Below the pieces are notes generated by a model. That model saw only the letters and a list, made by a program, of their open reading frames with translations, did no database searches and was not told the origin of the DNA. DNA of 30,242 bases from Ostreococcus tauri. Lineage: Eukaryota. The translations under genes and the position numbers were made by a program. Below, piece by piece: positions 7,263 through 17,200 of this stretch. How positions within the stretch are numbered: position 1 is the stretch's first letter; each line of letters begins with the position of its first letter. Location: contig CAID01000010.2 in NCBI GenBank assembly GCA_000214015.2, positions 433,626 to 463,867 of the forward strand, in the 5' to 3' direction.

Positions 7263-10181
7263 ATGCGCATCGCCGACGCGCGCGCGCGCACGGAGACCTC
7301 GCCCGCGCGCGCGCTCGCCCGCGCGCGGTCGAGCGTCGGCGACGCCGGGCGAGCGCGCGCGAACGAAAGTGCGCCGAGGACGCGGATCGAGGCGAGCATG
7401 ATGATTCGCTCGCTCGCGCGACGGCGAACGGGGCCGTCGTCCACGCGCGTGGGGGGCGGCGCCAGGGTGCGGGCGGCGTCGGAGGGATCGGATGACGTCG
7501 GGACGTCGACGTCGTACACGTATCGGGACGACGCGCGGGAGACGCGACGGCTGGCGGCTGGGTTGTCTCGGCTCTCGTTGGGGAACGCGAACGCGAGCGG
7601 GGGGCGGACGTTCGCCTCGCAACCGGCTGCGATGTACGGGGACGATGGGATGGGTTCCGCGCCGGGGGGGGTGGGCGCGGACGTGCCGAGGATTCGCGGT
7701 GAGATTAAGCGCGTGACGTTTCACTCGAAGGACAACGGGTACACCGTGGCGCGCATGGAAGTGGATGGTTCGTGCGAGCTCCCACCGGGCGCGCTGGCGA
7801 CGCCGAAGCGACGACGGAAGGACTCAAAGCCGACGCCCACGGTGACGGTGGTCGGGACGCTTCCGGGTGTGAGTGAAGGGCAGATGTTGGAGCTCGTCGG
7901 ACAGTGGAAAGAAAACGCGAAGTACGGAGTCGAGTTCGTCATCACCGGCGCCCCGACCGAGTTGAAGCCGTCGAACGAGGATGGTATGTTGAGATATTTG
8001 AGTGGTGGCGCCTTGCCGGGGTGTGGGAAAGTCACCGCGCAGCGTCTCGTCGATCACTTCGGCGTGAATCTGATGGATGTGTTGAATTCGCCGGACGCTG
8101 CGAAGAAACTTATGAAGTGCGACGGAATCGGTCCCAAGACGGCGCAAAAGCTTAAAACGAACTGGGACGAGACGCAAGGAAAACGAGATGCGGCGGTATT
8201 CCTCGAAAAGCACGGCGTACCGCTGCCTTTGGCGCAGCGAGCGGCGGCGCAGTACGGTCCAATGACGGAGGACCTGATTCGCAACAATCCGTTTGAGGCT
8301 CTCGGATCGGTGAGAGGTGCGACGTTCCATCGCATAGACGCGCTGGCGTCTAAACTCGGTAAAGAACCCGACGATCCCGCGCGTTTGGGTGCGGCCATCA
8401 TAGAAGTCTTGAGCGCCGCTGCGGTGAGTAGCGGACACGCGTACTTGCCGTGGTCCAAAATCGTCGACGGCGTCCGCACTTTGGTTGGACAATCCGCCAT
8501 TATCGACGACGATAACATGCGTGCGGCGGCGGAGGCGATGCGTCGTAAGGGTGAAATACGCGTGCAGCGACTCCCAGATCCCAAGTCCCCTCCCGGCTCC
8601 ATCGATCCGTTTGAGGGCGACTGGAGCACGGCGGCTCTGTATACGAGCGCCATGCATAGTGCGGAAGTCGCCGTCGCATCGGACTTGACGAATCGAATGA
8701 AGCGATCGAACATTAAGGTTGATTCTGCGCGCGTTGAGCGATGGCTCGAGGCGGCGGCGCAGAAAGAAGGCTGGCGCACTCTGAGTGAAACACAAAAGGG
8801 CTTCGTACGGGTTGCATTGGAGTCTCCGGTGACAATCCTCACAGGAGGTCCGGGGACAGGGAAGACGTTCGCAACGCACGTCATCGTGCGGCTTTGGCGC
8901 GCGATGGGCAAGAGTGTGGTCATGTGCGCCCCAACGGGCCGCGCGGCGCAGCGGTTGATGGAGATCACGACCGCGGGTCGCGACATTGTGAATCCCATCA
9001 TGAGCTCGACGATTCATCGCTTGTTAGAGTTTAGAGCTACGGACGCGTTGGAGGGCATGGAAGACGACGGTCCTCTGCAAGCGCTGTCGTACAAGGGTAG
9101 ATTCTCCCGGGACGCGAAGAATCCGATTCAGGCGGACGTCGTCGTCATTGACGAGAGCTCCATGCTCGATCTTCCGCTCGCCGCCGCGCTCCTGGCAGCG
9201 ATACCCGCCAATGCGCAGGTTGTCTTTGTGGGTGACGCCGATCAGCTCCCTTCCGTGGGACCGGGCAGTCTCCTTCGAGATATGCTCGCCGCTCAAAGCG
9301 TGCCGAGTGTGGCGCTGACGGATATTTTTCGCCAAGCGGCGGCGAGTGGTATCGTACGCGCCGCGCACGCTATAAACGCTGGCGCATTCATCCCAGCGGA
9401 TATCAAGGAGACGAGGTACGACGTGACCATGAACGAGCTCCGCGTCGTCGCCGATGCGATCGATGCCAGCGCACCGCCGAGTGATCCGGAACTCAAACCC
9501 GATTGTCTCTGGGTGAGCCTCCCAAACGAGTCGAACGCGAGCGTCGAAGCCGTCCTGGATCACGTCCTCAACGACGTCCTTCCGGCTCGAGGCTTCTCAC
9601 CGAACGATTTGCAGGTGTTATCACCCATGCGCCGAGGCGTTGCGAGCACTGGAGCCCTGAATAGCTGGCTCCAGGCTTCCCTGAACCCGAGCTGCGACAG
9701 CAAGGCAGAGGTAACCGTAGGTAGCTTTTACGGCGATATCACCTTTCGAGAGGGCGATAGAGTGCTCCAGCAGCGCAATGATTACGATAAAGAGGTTTTC
9801 AACGGCGATCTCGGCACGATTCGTCGCATCAATGCAAACGATGGTAGTGCCATCGTGAGCTTCGGCGCCGACCTGCGAGAGATTCCGTACACTAAGAGCG
9901 AGCTTCGAGATTTGATCCCGGCGTACGCCATGACGATTCACAAGGCGCAGGGCAGCGAGTATCGAGCCGTCGTCCTCGTCATGACCAACGCCCACAGGCC
10001 TCTGCTCCGAAGAGAACTCCTCTACACGGGCGTCACGCGCGCCAAGGAGCTCCTCGTCGTCGTCGCCCCGAGATCCGCACTGTCCGTCGCGATCGAGACG
10101 CACGGCAAGGACAGCCGGTGCAGCGGTCTCGTCGACCGTCTCGCCGGGAGCGTCCGCGCGCCCCCGATGCGACCTCGATGA
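7263..10181 (+). CDS. recD2: RecD2-like SF1 DNA helicase (RecD/TraA family) with an N-terminal presequence-like extension
   Basis: A continuous 972-aa ORF. It shows a RecD2-type N-terminal module (GEIKRVTFHSKDNGYTVARMEV) and an HhH-like region (GIGPKTAQKL). Helicase motifs: Walker A LTGGPGTGKTF, Walker B VVIDESSMLDL, VFVGDADQLPSVGPGSLLRD, LTDIFRQ, YAMTIHKAQGSEY and LLYTGVTRAKELLVVV. ATG at 7263. An alternative ATG at 7398 (MMIRSLARRRTGPSSTRVGGGARVRAAS) looks like a targeting peptide. TGTAA at 10215-10219. Confidence 0.85.
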   Translation: MRIADARARTETSPARALARARSSVGDAGRARANESAPRTRIEASMMIRSLARRRTGPSSTRVGGGARVRAASEGSDDVGTSTSYTYRDDARETRRLAAGLSRLSLGNANASGGRTFASQPAAMYGDDGMGSAPGGVGADVPRIRGEIKRVTFHSKDNGYTVARMEVDGSCELPPGALATPKRRRKDSKPTPTVTVVGTLPGVSEGQMLELVGQWKENAKYGVEFVITGAPTELKPSNEDGMLRYLSGGALPGCGKVTAQRLVDHFGVNLMDVLNSPDAAKKLMKCDGIGPKTAQKLKTNWDETQGKRDAAVFLEKHGVPLPLAQRAAAQYGPMTEDLIRNNPFEALGSVRGATFHRIDALASKLGKEPDDPARLGAAIIEVLSAAAVSSGHAYLPWSKIVDGVRTLVGQSAIIDDDNMRAAAEAMRRKGEIRVQRLPDPKSPPGSIDPFEGDWSTAALYTSAMHSAEVAVASDLTNRMKRSNIKVDSARVERWLEAAAQKEGWRTLSETQKGFVRVALESPVTILTGGPGTGKTFATHVIVRLWRAMGKSVVMCAPTGRAAQRLMEITTAGRDIVNPIMSSTIHRLLEFRATDALEGMEDDGPLQALSYKGRFSRDAKNPIQADVVVIDESSMLDLPLAAALLAAIPANAQVVFVGDADQLPSVGPGSLLRDMLAAQSVPSVALTDIFRQAAASGIVRAAHAINAGAFIPADIKETRYDVTMNELRVVADAIDASAPPSDPELKPDCLWVSLPNESNASVEAVLDHVLNDVLPARGFSPNDLQVLSPMRRGVASTGALNSWLQASLNPSCDSKAEVTVGSFYGDITFREGDRVLQQRNDYDKEVFNGDLGTIRRINANDGSAIVSFGADLREIPYTKSELRDLIPAYAMTIHKAQGSEYRAVVLVMTNAHRPLLRRELLYTGVTRAKELLVVVAPRSALSVAIETHGKDSRCSGLVDRLAGSVRAPPMRPR

Positions 10182-10515
10182 ACCCTTTCTCCGCCGCCGA
10201 GCGCGGCAAAGGATTGTAAACCTTTTGATCGCGTGCTTTTCGCCCCCAAGTGATCGCGAAACGTCCGACCGTCGCCCACGACCCCCCTCTATCCTCCACC
10301 GGCGCCTCTTGTACGCGCGCACACTCAGCGCGCGCCTCGACCCCCCCCCGCAGTTCGCGTCGACGCGCGCCGCGACCGCGTCGACGGACTCGTCGACCGC
10401 GGATATCGCCGAGGCATCACCGCCGGGCGTCGATCGAACGCCCGAGCGTCGCACGCGAAGCGATTGAAGGTTGAACAGAGGCGAATTCTACGCCTTAACC
10501 GCGTGTGAACGACGA

Positions 10516-11907
10516 ATGTCGTCCTGGCGCGCGCGATCGGCGCTCGCTCGCGCGGCGGCGCGGGTGACGTCGAATAAACAGGTCACGCGGGGGTTATACG
10601 CCGCGGATGCGAGCGCGGCGACGACGGTGGCGTTGCACGGGCGGGTTAACCAGAACGCGAGCGGGACGGAGGAACGGCGAGCGAGCCCGAGCGGGTCGAC
10701 GGGAGGCGTCGACGCGGCGATCGGCAGAGGTGCGAGCGCTTCGACGAATTCGACGAAGGGACGGAAGTTGATCGATACGTTTCCGAAGGATGTTGTGGAC
10801 GACATCTATCGAGGGAGCTTTCGAAGCCAGACCGGGGTGAGCCTGAAGTACATGATGGATTTCGGCGCGCAGCCGATTCACCGGCAGATGATGGTAAGCG
10901 CGCAGTTCTTACGAAACGAGCTTCCGGTACGATTGGCGCATCGCGTGGCGGAGTTGGAAAATTTGCCCTTCGGGTTGAGCGACATGTCGCAGGTGCTTGA
11001 CGTGAGAGACTGGTACGTCGAGTCGTTCAGGGAACTGCGAAGCTTCCCAGAAATAGAGAGCATGGAGGACGAGGAAAAATTTACAAACATGCTCAAGCGC
11101 GTGATGTTGAGGCACGAAAACGTGGTTCCCATGATTGCCAGGGCGGTGTTGGAGCTTAAAGATCGTCTGTCGAAGGAGAAACCGAGAGAGTCGAAGCCGC
11201 AGATTCGACGGGGCGGCACGTACGCAACGATGGATTTGAACGAGTTTCCAGAGGTGCATCAATTCTTAGATGGGTTTTACATGAGTAGAATTGGGATCCG
11301 CATGCTCATCGGGCAGCACATCGCTTTGCACGAGCCTGCGAAGGATGGGTACATCGGAATGATTTGCACAAAATTGAGCCCGCTCGAGGTAGCCAGGGAC
11401 GCTAGCGCGGACGCCCGGGCGATTTGCATGCGCGAGTACGGCGACGCGCCCGAGGTGGAACTCTTCGGCGAGGAGGATTTTACGTTTGCCTACGTCCCGG
11501 GGCACTTGCACCAAATGCTCTTCGAGCTTATTAAGAACTCGCTGCGAGCGGTAAGCGACAAGTACGCGGATAGCGATAAGACGCCTCCACCAATTCGGAT
11601 CATTATCGCCGAAGGCGCGGAAGACGTGACGATCAAGGTAACAGATGAAGGTGGTGGCATTCGCCGAAGCGGTCTGGAAAAGATTTGGACGTATCTTTAC
11701 AGCACAGCGCAAAGCCCACTGAAGGACATGGACGACGATTCGTCGGGTCCCACCGTCTTGGCAGGTTATGGATACGGTCTTCCGCTTTCAAGGCTGTACG
11801 CCAGATACTTTGGCGGCGACTTGCAAGTAATTTCGATGGAAAATTACGGCACAGACGCTTACTTGCACTTGAACCGCCTCGGAAACATGGCGGAGCCGCT
11901 CCCGTAA
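10516..11907 (+). CDS. PDK: pyruvate dehydrogenase kinase (mitochondrial PDK/BCKDK family, GHKL ATPase)
   Basis: The track start at 10471 is TTG; the first ATG is 10516 (MSSWRARSALARAAARV, presequence-like). Motifs: HLHQMLFELIKNSLRAV (N-box), IKVTDEGGGI (G1), GYGYGLPLSRLYARYFGGDLQVISMENYGTDAYLHL (G2). TGTAA at 11951-11955. Confidence 0.9.
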   Translation: MSSWRARSALARAAARVTSNKQVTRGLYAADASAATTVALHGRVNQNASGTEERRASPSGSTGGVDAAIGRGASASTNSTKGRKLIDTFPKDVVDDIYRGSFRSQTGVSLKYMMDFGAQPIHRQMMVSAQFLRNELPVRLAHRVAELENLPFGLSDMSQVLDVRDWYVESFRELRSFPEIESMEDEEKFTNMLKRVMLRHENVVPMIARAVLELKDRLSKEKPRESKPQIRRGGTYATMDLNEFPEVHQFLDGFYMSRIGIRMLIGQHIALHEPAKDGYIGMICTKLSPLEVARDASADARAICMREYGDAPEVELFGEEDFTFAYVPGHLHQMLFELIKNSLRAVSDKYADSDKTPPPIRIIIAEGAEDVTIKVTDEGGGIRRSGLEKIWTYLYSTAQSPLKDMDDDSSGPTVLAGYGYGLPLSRLYARYFGGDLQVISMENYGTDAYLHLNRLGNMAEPLP

Positions 11908-12125
11908 TTCGTAACCAAGCTCGCGCCGCGCGTCGATTTTCAGACTAGAGTGTAACAGTAAGACCCGAGTTGGAATAACGTCTCGCGCTCCGTAATTACA
12001 CGTATTGAAACTATAGTCTATCCGATGTGGTGGTCCGCTTGTCTCGTGTGAGTGAACGCCGCGCTAACAAAAACCGCGCGACGCTCCGATGATCAAGTCG
12101 AAGCTCGTAAAGGTGGACGTGTCTC

Positions 12126-14048
12126 TCAGCTGAGAGCGCTGATGTGGCCCTTCAGGCGCTGTTTTTGAGCGTCAGTGCAGTGATGCATGAGAGCACGAAG
12201 CAAGTCGCGCGGGAGCGAACCGTCGCGTCGCTGAATGGCGTTCACGGCGTGCTTGTCGAACACGGAGAACACCATGCCGAACGCTGCACCGAATGCCTTG
12301 TGCGTCGACGGCGAAATCTCAAGCAAATGAGCGCGTTCGAGCGACATCGCGAGCGCACCGACGAGAGCACCGGTGGTAGAACTACCACTCGTGAGCGGTG
12401 CGAGCTGTTGCTTTGCCTCGGCGAGGTCCAGACCCATCGCGACGGCGCCGACGGTACCCTCTACGGCGACTGCGTTCATCAGTTGGACAGAATCTGCCGC
12501 GGCTCGAAGGAGAGCCTCCGCGCTGGGGTTGTTGATCGCGTTCTTACCACCGATGAGCATACCAACGTTACGCAGGATCGCCCACACGAGCGTCGCCGCG
12601 GCGGCGGAACCGAGCGGGAACCTCGGCAGTGCGTCGGCCAAGAGAATTCTGCCCTTTGGAAGCGTGACGATGCGTTGGAACACGCCGTCGTGCTCTGCGC
12701 CCCCCGCGACGAGCACCGGAACCGAGGGTAAAAGAAGTGTGCTGATGAGGCCGTCCAACAAGAACGTGCGACGCTTCTTCAAGTCCTCCTCGCTCTCGCT
12801 CGGTCGGCCCTCTTCGAGTTGGCGATCGATGTCATCGACGTCGAGAAGTAGACACATGGAATCCTCGATCATGATGCGCGCCGCGAGAAGCGGTTCTTGC
12901 TCCAATCTGCGCTGCTCGCCCTCGCCGGACTGTTCACCGTCGCCCTTTGGCGCGCTGCTCTTGGACATGTCCAAAAGCGGCTTGGGCGAGCGAATATTTC
13001 CGAACGGCACCTTGCCGAGACCATCCAAGCCGGGAACAAACGTCACGGGTCCACGCGCTTCCTTCACGTGTGATGCGAGCTCGCGAAGGGCCTCGGGACA
13101 GAACGGCTCCTTGAGCTTCGACGGGTTGTTTCGACGGAGCCACGATTGGTAGAAATAATCGTGTTCGTACGCCGTGCGATCGTTCGGGTGCGTGGCGCTC
13201 CATTGGATGCGCAGAATGCCCTCTATCTCGTCGTTCGCCATGTACAAGCCGTTGTAATGCGGTCGTCCCCTCGGCCTTTGTTCGCGGGGTCGTCGTCCGA
13301 CATCGCGCGGACGGTTTTCTTGACCCGCGGGCCAGTTACCCGGCGGCGGCGCGCGCACGCCCGGCATACCCGGCACGTCCATCGGCACCGCGTTCATCGT
13401 CGGTCCATCGGCCCACTCCGGAAGCGCTTCGCCGCGATAGGTCTGATTCGATCGTCGTTGATTCGGCGGCGGTCCCGTCATCCCCGGCGGCGGCGGTCCC
13501 ATCATCCCCGGCGGCGGCGGTCCCGTCATCCCCGGCGGCGGCGGTCCCATCATCCCCGGCGGCGGCGGTCCCATCATCCCAGGCGGCGGCGGCATCCCAC
13601 CCATCATCCCCACCCCCCCATCCGGTCCCCGCGGCGCCGTCGCCCGCGCGTACGCCTCCCGCTCGATCTCCTCCCGCGTCTTCGCGTTCACCGGCGCCCG
13701 TCCCAACGCGTTCGGATTCAACAAATCACTCGGTCGCAACAACGGCGCACCGTAATTCAAAGCCGCCGCCCGCATCATCGCCTCCTCCTCCCGCGTCGAC
13801 GCGATGTACACCTCCTCCGTCTCCGTCCGCGTCGTCATCGCCGCGAGATCGTCCTCGAGCTCCCCCCCCAGCTCCCCCTCGAGCGAGGGATCGCTCGGCG
13901 CGTCGAAGAATCCACCACTACGCCCACGCCCACGTCCGTCGTCGTCGTCAGTCGCGTCGTCGCGCCGCGGGCACCCATTCGCGCCGTCGTTCGATCGCGC
14001 CGTCGATCGCGTCGATGCGTTCGCGTCGCGTCGCCCATCGTCCCCCAT
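12126..14048 (-). CDS. PAT1: PAT1-like protein (putative mRNA decapping/decay activator) with a Pro/Gly/Met repeat
   Basis: Only the C-terminal ~640 codons of ORF 12126..15299 are credible; upstream it is antisense to NEMF. ATGs occur at 14048 (MGDDGRR) and 14108 (MRCAPS). MANDEIEGILRIQWSATHPNDRTAYEHDYFYQSW matches the PAT1 mid-domain pattern (M...EI..I.RIQ......DPY..DYYYQ) as I recall it. Family assignment is moderate. Minus-strand TGTAA at 12000-11996. Confidence 0.55.
   Translation of the reverse strand: MGDDGRRDANASTRSTARSNDGANGCPRRDDATDDDDGRGRGRSGGFFDAPSDPSLEGELGGELEDDLAAMTTRTETEEVYIASTREEEAMMRAAALNYGAPLLRPSDLLNPNALGRAPVNAKTREEIEREAYARATAPRGPDGGVGMMGGMPPPPGMMGPPPPGMMGPPPPGMTGPPPPGMMGPPPPGMTGPPPNQRRSNQTYRGEALPEWADGPTMNAVPMDVPGMPGVRAPPPGNWPAGQENRPRDVGRRPREQRPRGRPHYNGLYMANDEIEGILRIQWSATHPNDRTAYEHDYFYQSWLRRNNPSKLKEPFCPEALRELASHVKEARGPVTFVPGLDGLGKVPFGNIRSPKPLLDMSKSSAPKGDGEQSGEGEQRRLEQEPLLAARIMIEDSMCLLLDVDDIDRQLEEGRPSESEEDLKKRRTFLLDGLISTLLLPSVPVLVAGGAEHDGVFQRIVTLPKGRILLADALPRFPLGSAAAATLVWAILRNVGMLIGGKNAINNPSAEALLRAAADSVQLMNAVAVEGTVGAVAMGLDLAEAKQQLAPLTSGSSTTGALVGALAMSLERAHLLEISPSTHKAFGAAFGMVFSVFDKHAVNAIQRRDGSLPRDLLRALMHHCTDAQKQRLKGHISALS
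13465..13610. repeat. in-frame 24-bp coding minisatellite (5 good copies plus degenerate flanks)
   Basis: Plus-strand unit GGTCCC(G/A)TCATCCCCGGCGGCGGC starts at 13471, 13495, 13519, 13543 and 13567. On the minus strand it encodes (PPPPGM[MT]G)n in the PAT1-like protein. Confidence 0.9.
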
Positions 14049-14255
14049 CGTCGCCGCGCGAGGCGACGCGCGCGCCCGGTCCTCGAACGCGCTCGGTGCG
14101 CACCTCATCGCGTCGGCGTCGGCGTCGCGACGCGCGCGCGCGCGCGTGTGTGTCGCATCGCATCGCGAGGGGGTCACGCACGAGTCATGACTCAGACACA
14201 CACCCCACCCAGAGTGCCAGGCGCCCCATCGCGTCGACATCGCGCGACGCCGACG
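14049..14255. promoter_or_regulatory. very short divergent promoter region between the PAT1-like and NEMF genes
   Basis: There are 147-207 bp (depending on the PAT1 start) between two head-to-head ATGs. Function is inferred from position only. Confidence 0.4.
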
Positions 14256-17200
14256 ATGCCCAAGCGCAAGTACACCGCGTTCGACGTCGCGGCGTCCACG
14301 GCGGCGATACGACGCCTCGCCCTCGGGTGCGCGCTCGCGAACGCGCGCGACGTCGACGGCGAAGGCGGCGACGCGGTGATGATGACGTTCAATCGCCCAT
14401 CGCGCGACGGCGACGGCGTCGAGTCGCGCGCGCGCGTGCGCGTGGTGATCGACCCGTCGTCGCGGGCGCACGTGACGTCGTACGCGCGCGCGCGCGATGG
14501 GACCCCGAGCGCGTTCGTGATGGCGGTGCGACGGGCGGCGCGCGGGAAAAAGTTGCGGGACGCGCGGCAGTTGGGACGCGACCGCGCGATGGATTTGACC
14601 TTTGGCGCGGGCGACGGCGCGTGTCACGTCATCGTTGAACTGTTTGGACGAGGGAACGTGATCGTGACGGATGCGAATTATACCGTCGCGCGGGCGCTTC
14701 GGACGCGTCGGGACGACGATGTGAAGACGCGGGTCGAGGCGAATCAACCGTATTCGCTCGCGCGGTTTCACGCGTGGCGACCGTACGGAAAGGCGGATGT
14801 GGTCAGCGCGTTGGCCACCGCGCGCGTGGTCGCGGGTGATGGCGAGTTGGGGGTGGAGGATGTGACGGCGGTGGACGCGCGGCGGCCGGCGACGCTGCGC
14901 GAGGCGCTGTGTCGAGCGTTCGGGTACTCGCCGCCGATCGCCGAGCACGTCGCGCGCGCGGCGGGCGTGCTCGACGGATCGAACGCGGCGTTGCCGTTTG
15001 CGGACGACGTGCGCGAGCGGTACGTCGATGGGCTCACGCGCGCGATTGAGGACATCGAGAGCTGGTTCGAGGGGGTCACCACGGGGAAACGCGTCGCCGA
15101 CGCGCCGAGAGTGTACACGAAGATGGACGCCAAGGCGGACGGCACGGATGAGATCGAGGTCGTGGATGATTTCGCTCCGTTTGAGCTCAAGCAAAACGAG
15201 GGACGGCGGACGAAGACGTACGAACTGCCGAAAGGTTTGGATCCCGCGCTCGCGTTCGATCACTACGTGGACGAGTACTTCAACGAACTCGATTCGCAAT
15301 CCGTCATTTTACAACGTCGCAAGGCTGAAGCGCAGGCAATCGCAAGGCTCGAAAAGACGCTGCGGGATCAAAAGAATCGAGTCGAACAGCTCGAGCGCGA
15401 GCGCGAGCTGGAGGAACAGCGCGCGGTGTTGATAGAGTATAATCACGAAGCCGTGGACGTGGCCATCGAGGCGGTGAATTCGGCGCTCGCGAGCGGAATG
15501 TCTTGGGATGAGTTGGAGGCGATGATTAAGGAGGAGCGGCGACTCGGGAACCCGGTGGCGGGAATGATCAAATCCATGGATTTAGCGAATAACGAGATCA
15601 CGATCACGCTGGAGAATCACCTTGACGAACTCGGCGAGGATGAGGACGCTTTGGGGAAAAAGAAACGCGTCGCCGTGAGCGTAGACTTAGGATTGAGCGC
15701 GCACGCCAACGCGTCGGTTCGATTCGCGGCGAAGAAAAAGAACGCGGATAAGTTTGAAAAGACGCTCAACGCCCAGAACAAGGCTGTCGCTGCCGCGGAG
15801 TCGAAGATGAAATCCGCGATGGAGCGCGCGGCGAACGTCGTCGTCGCTACGCGCGCGAGACAGCCGCTCTGGTTTGAAAAGTTTCACTGGTTCATCACGA
15901 GTGAAAACTGTTTGGTGATTCAGGCAAAGGATGCGACGCAGGCGGAAATGATTTTATCGCGATACGCCCTTCCTGGCGACGCTTTCGTGCACGCGGACGT
16001 GCCGCAGGCGCCGGTGACCGTCGTCAAGCCGCCGCCGGGATCGGACGTCAGAGCGGTGCCGGCGTACTCCCTCGTCCAGGCTGGCGCGGCTGTGATGTGC
16101 CGAAGCGGAGCGTGGTCCTCTCGCGCTGTAAAGTCGGCGTGGTGGATCCCGATCGAGCGCGTGAGCAAGATCTCTCCCGTCGCGGGCGATGCCTTACCCC
16201 CGGGAGTCGTGCACGTGGCGCACGCGGAGAAACAATTTCTTCCGCACACGCAGCTCGTCATGGGGTTTGGGCTCATGTTCGTCGTGAGCGAAAAGTGCGA
16301 GGAAGCGCACAAGAATGATCGTTTGATTCGAAGCGATTTCAATATTCTTTTAGATGAGGAAAACGAGGAAGAGGACGAAGAGGAGGAGAAGGAAATTAGC
16401 GGCGGCGACGATTCAGAGTCTGTCGAAAACGAGGATAAAGAGGTGGACAAGCTCGCAGCCTTCTTAGACGGTGCCGTGGGATTCGCGGGAGAGGGTGTGG
16501 AAGGAAAGGACAGCGACGACGTTGACGGTGACGATGACAGAGAGCGGGACGACGGCGGCGACGGCGTCGATGGCGACGCTGTGCGATATCGCGCGCCTCA
16601 AAAGGCGCAGCAACCGTCCTCGTCGGGACCTCGCATGTCCGCCAAGGAGCGAAAGGCACAGAAGAAGAAGAAACAAAATAGAAGCGGTCGCGATGATTCG
16701 GACGACGACGACGACGATTTCGTCGACCCACTCGCGGCGTTAGGGGGTGGGAACAAAAAGGCGGCAAACAAGGATCGCGCCGACGGATCGAGCGCCAATA
16801 AGCCTGCGCCGCGCGGCAAGGCGGCGAAACTCAAGAAGATCAAGGCAAAGTACGCAGACCAAGACGAAGAAGACCGTGAATTGGCGATGAAACTCCTCGG
16901 CGCCGAAGGTAGGAAAAAGTCTGCCGGAATGACGAAGAAAGCCGCGCGAATGAAGGAAAAGGCGGCGAACGATTTCGAGGAGCGAAAGCTCACAAAGCCT
17001 CAGGTCCCGAGCGCCCCGGAGCCGGCGCCGCCAAAGTGGAAGAGAAATGAGAGCGCCGCCGATATGAGCGCCGACGTCGACGTAGGCGAGGCCCAGCCCA
17101 AGGTCGAGATGCCGCTCGAGGAGCGATTGAAGATTGAGTCGGAGCGACTCTCGATTATCAATCGAATCGTCGCCTTCCCGCTCCGCCACGACGAGATCGA

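Noticed and set aside
7824-9563. Minus ORFs 7824..9017, 8054..9001 and 9024..9563 inside the RecD2 gene
   Set aside because: They are antisense to a helicase ORF with all SF1 motifs in order, and they have no motifs of their own.
14109-15299. The N-terminal ~400 codons of the minus ORF 12126..15299
   Set aside because: This part is an Arg/His/Pro-rich junk translation lying antisense to the well-supported NEMF N-terminal domain. The PAT1-like gene is taken to start at ATG 14048 or 14108.
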